DNA of 32,000 bases from Blochmannia endosymbiont of Camponotus nipponensis (GTDB taxonomy: Bacteria; Pseudomonadota; Gammaproteobacteria; Enterobacterales; Enterobacteriaceae), in assembly GCF_009827135.1 (NCBI RefSeq), contig NZ_CP046534.1, forward strand, positions 150,001 to 182,000, given 5' to 3'. Made by a program: the position numbers and the translations under genes. The notes beneath the pieces are model-generated. The model searched no databases, was not told the origin of the DNA, and saw only the letters and a program-made list of their open reading frames with translations. Positions within the stretch are counted from its first letter, which is position 1; each line of letters begins with the position of its first letter. Below, one piece after another: positions 20,715 through 28,410 of the stretch.

Positions 20715-20882
20715 ACCTCCAAAAAAAACAAATAAATATTTACGTTTTAATTGCTCTCATATCTTTATGACTTAAGATTAATTTACAAATTGTATCTAAA
20801 ATAAAAATATTTGAAACACCTCTAATTTCACATTATTATTATTAAATAATATACACATAGATGATCATTCTCTGACTATTTA

Positions 20883-21917
20883 TTACACAAACAATTTTTT
20901 TGGATTTATTTCTCCATTACTACCAATTAATCTAACTTCAGGTTGCAAATAAATTTTAAATTTATCTGCAACTTTATTATATACATAAAGAGCAAGTGCT
21001 GCAATTTCAGTCCCAGTAGCTATTTTTCTGGTATTAATTAATACTAATGCCTGTCTAGGATATATTGCTGCTTCTCCAAATACACAACCTTTGAGTCGAC
21101 AATGCTCTATCAACCATCCTGCTGATAATTTTATTCTACCATCCTTTTGATAATAATAAGGTATATTTGGATAATTTTGAAACAAACAAGCTGCCATTTT
21201 AATATCTATTATTGGGTTTTTAAAAAAACTTCCAGCATTTCCTACTAAAACAGGATCTGGTAACTTTTTATGTCTAATTCTGCGGACAACATTAAAAATT
21301 TGACGGGATGTAATATGATATTTATTTAAATGACTTAATCCACTATAATTTAATATAGGTTTCCAGTTTTTAAGTAACCTCAATCCCACAAATACAACAA
21401 CATATCTCTTTAAACAATCTCTAAAAATACTATTTCTATATTTAAAATCACATTCAGCGCAAGTAAAACGAATTTTTTTTTCACTATACAAATCTATAAC
21501 ATCTACATACTCGCATATTTGAGATAACTCAATACCATAAGCGCCAATATTTTGAATCGGAGCCGCCCCTACACATCCTGGAATACACGCTAAATTTTCT
21601 AAACCTGGTATATTCTTATGTATAGTATAAACTACTAATTCATCCCATCTCTCTCCAGCTCCAACATGTAGCCGCCACGCTATTTTATTTTCAGTAATAA
21701 AAACACCTTTGATCCTATTTAATAATATTGTACCAATGTAATTTTCTAAAAATAAAATATTACTACCGCCACCTAAAATAAGGACAGGTTCTCCTTTATT
21801 ATACGCTTTTTTCCAAAACTGTAATAATGTATGTTCATTATGTGCTGTTACTATATTTTTAGCAAATACGTTAATTGAAAAAGTATTTAACGACTTCAAT
21901 CGAAAATGATACTTCAT
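20883..21917 (-). CDS. murB: UDP-N-acetylenolpyruvoylglucosamine reductase
   Basis: MKYHFRLKSLNTFSI against the E. coli MurB N-terminus MNHSLKPWNTFGI. Also PVLILGGGSN.LFLE, PGLENLA.IPGCVG..PIQNIGAYG.EL, KLPDP...GNAGSFFKNP and SAGWLI..C.LKG. The TTG extension to 21935 is rejected. Confidence 0.94.
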   Translation of the reverse strand: MKYHFRLKSLNTFSINVFAKNIVTAHNEHTLLQFWKKAYNKGEPVLILGGGSNILFLENYIGTILLNRIKGVFITENKIAWRLHVGAGERWDELVVYTIHKNIPGLENLACIPGCVGAAPIQNIGAYGIELSQICEYVDVIDLYSEKKIRFTCAECDFKYRNSIFRDCLKRYVVVFVGLRLLKNWKPILNYSGLSHLNKYHITSRQIFNVVRRIRHKKLPDPVLVGNAGSFFKNPIIDIKMAACLFQNYPNIPYYYQKDGRIKLSAGWLIEHCRLKGCVFGEAAIYPRQALVLINTRKIATGTEIAALALYVYNKVADKFKIYLQPEVRLIGSNGEINPKKLFV

Positions 21918-21997
21918 ATATTTTATTGTTAACAAAATATTAGGTACGTATCCAAATAGATCTTAGAACAGCTGTGTTTATATGTGACTATATAATA

Positions 21998-22029
21998 GTA
22001 TGCAAGTTTACATAAGCACTTATGCATAC
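21998..22029. repeat. imperfect inverted repeat in the clpB-murB spacer (function unknown)
   Basis: GTATGC-AAGT (21998-22007) pairs with ACTT (22018-22021) and GCATAC (22024-22029), giving a 10-bp stem with a 2-nt AT bulge and a 10-nt loop. It overlaps a sigma70-like match on the minus strand: TTGCAT (22005-22000), 17 nt, TATAAA (21982-21977), about 60 nt upstream of the murB ATG. Confidence 0.5.
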
Positions 22030-22308
22030 TCGACGCACATATGTATGTATTATACTATTTCTCCAAAAAATAATATCCATTGCCATCTTTTTCATTATAA
22101 AAAAATAATTTCATAGAATATGTTTAATACATTACCCAAAAACAATACTATTCACACCATATATGTACATAAAAATATATATAATAAAATGTTAAACATA
22201 TACAATTACTTGATTAAGTATGAATAAAGAATTCATTTACTACATATAATTCTTACCAAATAAATACTAAAATAATTTAGTTTTTAATAAATTTTATTAT
22301 TTCAATAT

Positions 22309-24885
22309 TCATTGAATAAAAACGATTCTATTATTTACTATATCTATAGTAATTTTTTTATCTGGTAACAATCTCCCAGAGATTATCTCTTGAGATAATA
22401 TATTCTCAATATACTGTTGTATAGCACGTTTTAATGGACGCGCACCATACGCCGGATCAAATCCAACTTTTGATAAAAATTCTAATACTTCATTAGTAAT
22501 ATCAGTATTAAGATACCCTTTTTCTTCTAAACGATTACATAAATGCTGTAACTGAATATTAGCAATTTTAATAAGATGTTCAGCACTAAGTGGATGAAAT
22601 ACTACTATTTCATCAATTCTATTAATAAATTCTGGACGAAAATGTTGATTAACTATATCTAAAACCGTAACTTTAATCTCCTGATAATCTACGGTTCCAA
22701 AACGTTTTTGAATTAAATCTGAACCTAAATTAGATGTCATAATAATAACAGTATTATTAAAATTTACTGTACGCCCATGCCCATCTGTTAATCTCCCATC
22801 ATCTAAGACTTGCAACAATACATGAAAAATTTCTGCATGAGCTTTTTCTATTTCATCCAATAAAATCACGGAATACGGCCTACGACGTATTGCTTCAGTC
22901 AAATATCCTCCTGATTCATATCCCACATAACCAGGAGGAGCTCCTAACAATCTTGATACGGAATGTTTCTCCATAAATTCAGACATATCAATACGAATCA
23001 TTGCACTATTAGTATCAAAAAGAAATACAGATAAAGCCTTACACAATTCAGTTTTACCTACTCCAGTGGGCCCTAAAAACATAAATGAACCAATGGGGCG
23101 TTTAAGATCAGATAATCCAGAGCGACTCCTACGAATAGCATTAGATATTGCTTGTACTGCTTCATCTTGTCCAACAACTAATTGATGTAAATAATGTTCC
23201 ATATGCAATAACTTATCTTTTTCACTAGCTAGCATTCGAGACACAGGAATACCAGTCCATCGAGATAAAACCGCAGCAATTTCTATATCAGTAACACAAT
23301 TTTGTAAAAAACGTATTGTTTTATTATTAGATTGTAACATTAAGGACAGTTTTTTTTCTAATTCTGGAATTTTACCATATTGTAATTCAGACATACGAGC
23401 TAAATCCCCAACGCGACGCGCCTGATCAATAGAAATTTTTGCTTGTTCTAAATCAGATTTAATATTTTGGATATTAGACAGAGAGATTTTTTCTTTTTTC
23501 CATTCTTTTTCAAGATTAGCATAATCTTGTTCTTTTTGTATCAATTCAGCAGTCAAAATCTCCAATCGTTTTATACTAGCATCATCTGATTCTTTTTGTA
23601 ATGCTTGCTGTTCTAATTTCAACTGTATAATACGTCGCTCCAATCTATCCAGTTCTTCTGGCTTAGAATCTATTTGTATACGAATGCTAGAAGCAGCTTC
23701 ATCAATTAAATCAATAGCTTTATCTGGCAATTGCCGATCAGAAATATATCGATACGATAAAGTTGCAGCAGCCACTATTGCTGGATCAGTAATATGAACA
23801 TTATGATGTAACTCATAACGTTCTTTTAATCCTCTAAGAATAGCTATAGTATCTTCAATACTAGGTTCAGCAACAAATATTTTTTGAAAACGTCTTTCTA
23901 AGGCTGCATCCTTTTCGATATATTTGCTATATTCATCAAGTGTAGTAGCCCCGACACAATGCAATTCACCTCTAGCTAATCTTGGTTTCAGCATATTACT
24001 TGCATCCATTGCCCCATCAGTTTTACCAGCCCCAATCATAACATGTAATTCATCAATGAATAAAATAATATTGCTATCTTCTTTAGATACATCATTTAAT
24101 ATGCTTTTTAAACGTTCTTCAAATTCTCCCCTATACTTTGACCCTGCTAATAATGCCCCCATATCTAAAGCTAATATACGACTATTCTTCAGACCCTCTG
24201 GAACTTCCCTATTAATAATACGTTGCGCTAATCCTTCAACGATCGCAGTCTTTCCTACTCCAGGTTGACCTATAAGTACAGGATTATTTTTAGTACGTCT
24301 CTGTAACACTTGAATAGTTCGACGAATTTCCTCATCTCTACCAATAACAGGATCAAGCTTACCCTGTTCTGCAAGCTTAGTGATATCCACAGTAAATTTC
24401 TGTAATGCTTGACGTTGAGATTCCGATGTTTGATTACTAATTGAACGATTATTACGTATATAATGTATTGCTTTTTTTATATTTTCTGAGGAAATTCCAG
24501 AGTTCTTTAATAAATCATTTAATGCACCATGAGAGTCTATAGCTGCTAAAATGAACATTTCTGATGCAATAAAAGTATCATTGTATTTTTGAGCTAATTT
24601 ATCACACAAATTTAACATTCTAATTAAATCGTAAGAACATTGAATATCTCCACCAATTCCTTCTACTTTCGGTAAGCAATTGCATGCTTTCTCAACTAAT
24701 ACAGTTAATTGAGATATATTAAACCCAGCACGCACCAATATTTGATATACTGATCCATTCTCTTCTTGTAGAAAAGCAAGCATTACATGTACGGATTCAA
24801 CAAATTGATTATCATTTCTAAGCGCTATAGATTGAGCATTAGAAAGGACCAATTGAAAATCATGAGTAAAATGATCTAATCGCAT
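22309..24885 (-). CDS. clpB: ATP-dependent disaggregase ClpB
   Basis: 858 aa, aligning without gaps to E. coli ClpB (857 aa). Both Walker A loops are present ([32 protein letters not shown]), along with the coiled-coil M-domain and the [15 protein letters not shown]-terminus. Confidence 0.97.
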   Translation of the reverse strand: MRLDHFTHDFQLVLSNAQSIALRNDNQFVESVHVMLAFLQEENGSVYQILVRAGFNISQLTVLVEKACNCLPKVEGIGGDIQCSYDLIRMLNLCDKLAQKYNDTFIASEMFILAAIDSHGALNDLLKNSGISSENIKKAIHYIRNNRSISNQTSESQRQALQKFTVDITKLAEQGKLDPVIGRDEEIRRTIQVLQRRTKNNPVLIGQPGVGKTAIVEGLAQRIINREVPEGLKNSRILALDMGALLAGSKYRGEFEERLKSILNDVSKEDSNIILFIDELHVMIGAGKTDGAMDASNMLKPRLARGELHCVGATTLDEYSKYIEKDAALERRFQKIFVAEPSIEDTIAILRGLKERYELHHNVHITDPAIVAAATLSYRYISDRQLPDKAIDLIDEAASSIRIQIDSKPEELDRLERRIIQLKLEQQALQKESDDASIKRLEILTAELIQKEQDYANLEKEWKKEKISLSNIQNIKSDLEQAKISIDQARRVGDLARMSELQYGKIPELEKKLSLMLQSNNKTIRFLQNCVTDIEIAAVLSRWTGIPVSRMLASEKDKLLHMEHYLHQLVVGQDEAVQAISNAIRRSRSGLSDLKRPIGSFMFLGPTGVGKTELCKALSVFLFDTNSAMIRIDMSEFMEKHSVSRLLGAPPGYVGYESGGYLTEAIRRRPYSVILLDEIEKAHAEIFHVLLQVLDDGRLTDGHGRTVNFNNTVIIMTSNLGSDLIQKRFGTVDYQEIKVTVLDIVNQHFRPEFINRIDEIVVFHPLSAEHLIKIANIQLQHLCNRLEEKGYLNTDITNEVLEFLSKVGFDPAYGARPLKRAIQQYIENILSQEIISGRLLPDKKITIDIVNNRIVFIQ

Positions 24886-25172
24886 AATTTCATTTTCCTC
24901 TTACAATAAATAAAATATTAATCGCCATATATCACAGAAACATCCCTATGTTGATGTAAAAAATTAAATATTCAAAATTCAAACATTTAAACTACTAAAT
25001 ATTAAAATACATTTTTATACACTCACATACTAATATAATATGAATTATAAATATAACAATACTCGATTATAACTGCTTTATCATATCTACTAATCTGAAG
25101 GAATATAAATAAATAACCATTTTGCATAATAATTATAGTTTAATAAAAATTTCCATGGTAAGAATAATAGCA

Positions 25173-26147
25173 CTATTTGCAATATGCTTCATTTTTTCTC
25201 AATATATTTATTAATTTTTTTATATCCTTTGGCAAAGGTATATCCCATTGCATTTTTACTTTAGTAATAGGATGATGTAATTGTAATGTGGTTGCATGTA
25301 ACGCTTGGCGATTAAAAGCATGTAAATAATTATTAAGTTCATCAGGGGCACCTTTATTAAAACACATAAGTTTTCCATATTTTTGATCTCCTAGTAATGG
25401 ATGATTAATATAAGCCATATGTACACGAATTTGGTGAGTCCTTCCAGTTTCAAGGCGTATACGAATTCTAGTATACATATTAAACGATTCTATAATAGAA
25501 TAATGCGTTATAGCAGATTTGCCCATAGGATTAACTGCCATGCGAGTACGATGAATAGCATGTCTTTTAATAGGTTCATCTACCGTTCCTTCTTTATGCA
25601 AAAAATTTCCTAAAACTACCGCTTCATATTCTTTAATGATTTTTCGTTTTTTAAACAATTGCAATAAACTATAATATGCAATAACATTTTTAGCGATAAC
25701 CATTAACCCGGTAGTATCTTTGTCTAGACGTTGAACAATACCCGCTCGAAAAACTTTTCTAATAGATGGATATTTATATAACAAAGCATTTAACACAGTA
25801 CCTGAAAAATTTCCAGCTCCGGGATGAACTACCATATTCCTCGCTTTGTTGATCACCAGAATATCATTGTCTTCATATACAATGTTAAGAGGAATATCTT
25901 GAGGAACTATGCTATTGTTAACATTGATAACATTTTTTATTTGAATAAATTCACCCCCTATCATTTTTTTTTTAGGTAAAATAACTGTCTGGTTATTAAC
26001 ATTTACCTTTTTAGAAAGGATCCAATGTTTTATTTGAGAACGCGAATAATTTGCTAGTAATTCAGAAAGAACACAATCTAAACGTTTCCCAGATTGCGAT
26101 TTCCGCACAACCATAGGCTTTATAACACAATATTCAGGTGTCACCAT
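25173..26147 (-). CDS. rluD: 23S rRNA pseudouridine(1911/1915/1917) synthase RluD
   Basis: 324 aa. S4-like N-terminus (RLD..L.E....YSRS.IK.WIL...V.VN), catalytic HRLDKDTTGL-type motif (VQRLDKDTTGLMVIAK), and ETGRTHQIRVHM. Same position and strand relative to clpB and bamD as in E. coli. Confidence 0.94.
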   Translation of the reverse strand: MVTPEYCVIKPMVVRKSQSGKRLDCVLSELLANYSRSQIKHWILSKKVNVNNQTVILPKKKMIGGEFIQIKNVINVNNSIVPQDIPLNIVYEDNDILVINKARNMVVHPGAGNFSGTVLNALLYKYPSIRKVFRAGIVQRLDKDTTGLMVIAKNVIAYYSLLQLFKKRKIIKEYEAVVLGNFLHKEGTVDEPIKRHAIHRTRMAVNPMGKSAITHYSIIESFNMYTRIRIRLETGRTHQIRVHMAYINHPLLGDQKYGKLMCFNKGAPDELNNYLHAFNRQALHATTLQLHHPITKVKMQWDIPLPKDIKKLINILRKNEAYCK

Positions 26148-26163
26148 TTCAATATACGATGAA

Positions 26164-26246
26164 ATATAAAAGGCTAATTAAATTATTATATGATACATTT
26201 TACTTAAATAAATGTATCATATAATAATTTAATTAGCCTTTTATAT
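26164..26246. repeat. perfect palindrome: 37-bp arms (26164-26200 and 26210-26246) around a 9-nt centre
   Basis: Every one of the 37 position pairs (p with 52410-p) was checked by hand and is Watson-Crick complementary. Left arm is ATATAAAAGGCTAATTAAATTATTATATGATACATTT; centre is TACTTAAAT. It occupies 83 of the 126 nt between the divergent rluD and bamD start codons. Confidence 0.95.
26185..26225. promoter_or_regulatory. candidate mirror-image divergent promoters inside the palindrome
   Basis: Consensus TATAAT at 26220-26225 on the + strand (49 nt before the bamD ATG), and its mirror copy at 26190-26185 on the - strand (38 nt before the rluD ATG). The -35 regions are weak (TTTACT with a 15-nt spacer). 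TATAAT is common by chance in AT-rich DNA. Confidence 0.25.
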
Positions 26247-26273
26247 ACTACGTGAAATATTAACAAAAGTTTT

Positions 26274-27017
26274 ATGAAACGAACTCAAAACCATATAATG
26301 ATCATGTTGATCATTAGTCTCATTGTGACTTCCTCTTCCACTGCTTCTATTCATACTGTCAATTATTCTACCTATAATCTTTATAAATCTGTTCAAAAAA
26401 AACTACATAACACCGATTATAAAGAAGCTATACAAGATCTAACAAATTTAAAAAATTTAAATTTGTTTGACCCTTGTCCACAACAAATTCATTTAGATTT
26501 AATTTATGCTTCTTACAAATCAAACGAATTAAAATCAGCAAATAATTATATAAAACATTTTTTTAAATTATATCCTAATCACAAACATTTTGATTATATA
26601 TTATATATGCACGGTATAATTAACATGCATTTAGATGAAGACAATAAAATATTAATAAAATATCTAAACAAAAACTGGTTTGATCGCAACCCAATACATG
26701 CATGTACAGCATTTCATAGTTTCAAAAAACTTATATGTAAATATCCAAATAGCCGATATTCCGCAGATGCTCAGAAACGTTTAATTTTTTTAAAAAACAG
26801 AATAGCTGAATATGAACTATCTATTATAACTTTTTATGCAAAAAGAAATGCTTATATATCAGTAATAACGCGCGCAGAAAAAATGTTATATCGTTTTCCA
26901 GATACTCAAGCAACCCGTCAAGCACTACATTATATGCAACAAGCATATAAAAATATATATTTACCAGATCAAGCAAATAAAGTAGCGAAAATTATTGCCA
27001 TCAATCCAATATATTGA
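26274..27017 (+). CDS. bamD: outer-membrane protein assembly factor BamD (no lipobox cysteine)
   Basis: 247 aa, collinear with E. coli BamD/YfiO (QQ.HLDLIYA.YK...L..A...I..F..L.P.H....Y..YM.G......D; YPNS.Y..DA.KRL.FLK.R.A.YE.S....Y..R.A...V..R.E.ML..FPDTQATR.AL..M..AY; A.KVAKIIA.N). The N-terminus MKRTQNHIMIMLIISLIVTSSSTAS has a hydrophobic core but no Cys; the first Cys is residue 68. Confidence 0.9.
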   Translation: MKRTQNHIMIMLIISLIVTSSSTASIHTVNYSTYNLYKSVQKKLHNTDYKEAIQDLTNLKNLNLFDPCPQQIHLDLIYASYKSNELKSANNYIKHFFKLYPNHKHFDYILYMHGIINMHLDEDNKILIKYLNKNWFDRNPIHACTAFHSFKKLICKYPNSRYSADAQKRLIFLKNRIAEYELSIITFYAKRNAYISVITRAEKMLYRFPDTQATRQALHYMQQAYKNIYLPDQANKVAKIIAINPIY

Positions 27018-27232
27018 TTCAATAACTTTATAAACATTTTATCTCCATATAGATATCATACAAACCCAAAATAATGTTACAAGGATATATTGATATAAAG
27101 AAAATATAATATAATAAAATATTATGATACATCACGTAAATAAATGCTAACTTTCATAATACTACTACTATTATAGTACTTACATTTACCATATAAATAT
27201 TATATTGAACTGAAACTTAAAATATTACGACA

Positions 27233-28129
27233 ATGAGTTTTATTATGATTTCTAAATCTATAGTACACATAGCTTTTTTAGGCCCTAAAGGTTCTTATTC
27301 TCATATCGCTGCTATGCAATATGCAGCTAATCGTAGTTTTGATCAAGTAATAGAACATAGTTGTCAAAAATTCAACGATATTTTTACTTTAGTGGAATAC
27401 CATCAAGCAGAATATGGTGTAGTTCCCATCGAAAACTCTAACTCTGGTTTAATTGATGAAATATGCGATTTGTTACTAAACACTCAATTGGTTTTAGTAG
27501 ATGAAATTACTATACCTATCAAACATTGTATTTTAGTTAAGAATCATACTGATATAAATCAAATTCAGATTATATACAGTCATCCTCAACCTGCTCAACA
27601 ATGTAGTAAATTTTTAAAAAATTTTTCAACATGGAAAATTATATTCTGTAAAAGCAGCGCAGTTGCTATGAAAATAGTAGCTACATTAAAGCAATCTAAT
27701 TTAGCAGCTTTGGGAAGTATACAAGGAGGTACATTGTATGGTTTACATTCATTATTGACATATAATTTATCCAATTCACATAAAAATGAAACTAAATTTA
27801 TTATTTTAAAAAATAAAAATATCGAAGTTCTTAGTAACTCCATACCCATTATAAAAACTATACTTATTATCTCTATCAATCAACGATCAGAAAAATTATA
27901 TGAAGTATTAAAAATATTACAATTTTATAATATTCAAACAAATTATTTAAGACCACGTCTTTCATTAGATAATAAATCAAAAGGCATAATTATTATTGAA
28001 ATGATGGCGCATATAAATGATACATATATACACCAGATTTTGAAGGAACTACAAAAAATTTCTCACTCATTAAAAATATTAGGTTGTTATCAACCTACAC
28101 CAATTAAAATAAGCAGCAGCCGTAATTAA
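27233..28129 (+). CDS. pheA: prephenate dehydratase with ACT domain; chorismate-mutase domain of the P-protein absent
   Basis: 298 aa, starting MSFIMISKSIVHIAFLGPKGSYSH. This aligns to E. coli PheA from about residue 100 (ARIAFLGPKGSYSH). Also VVPIENS.SG.I, YSHPQP..QCSKFL, the TKF catalytic Thr motif, and the ..LKILGCY C-terminus. A stop lies just upstream in frame. Confidence 0.9.
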   Translation: MSFIMISKSIVHIAFLGPKGSYSHIAAMQYAANRSFDQVIEHSCQKFNDIFTLVEYHQAEYGVVPIENSNSGLIDEICDLLLNTQLVLVDEITIPIKHCILVKNHTDINQIQIIYSHPQPAQQCSKFLKNFSTWKIIFCKSSAVAMKIVATLKQSNLAALGSIQGGTLYGLHSLLTYNLSNSHKNETKFIILKNKNIEVLSNSIPIIKTILIISINQRSEKLYEVLKILQFYNIQTNYLRPRLSLDNKSKGIIIIEMMAHINDTYIHQILKELQKISHSLKILGCYQPTPIKISSSRN

Positions 28130-28410
28130 AAATGAATCTCTATATATATTATATTGTGGAATTCAATCAAATATTTGTAATATGACAATACACGAATCAT
28201 CCATGAAGTTAAATAACACACATAACAAATATACTATATTTTTAATATATAAAATTCTCAACAATATCAAGATGAAAGCACATATATTGGTATATAAAAC
28301 AACTATTTTAACTTAAAACTAATTTTTTATAAACACCCTTAGATCTAAACAAATATAACTCCTAATAAAAAGTTAAATAATGTGCTATATTGTTCAGACT
28401 ATTATTTATA

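Noticed and set aside
24886-25172. Looked for a sigma32 heat-shock promoter or yfiH remnant upstream of clpB
   Set aside because: There is no CTTGAA..CCCCAT-like pair and no convincing sigma70 pair. The spacer is too short and too stop-rich for yfiH. Only a trivial ATTCAAA tandem is present.
27018-27232. Relic of raiA, pheL or the PheA chorismate-mutase domain in the bamD-pheA spacer
   Set aside because: All three forward frames are dense with stops and I could not align any segment to those proteins. The only supportable statement is absence.
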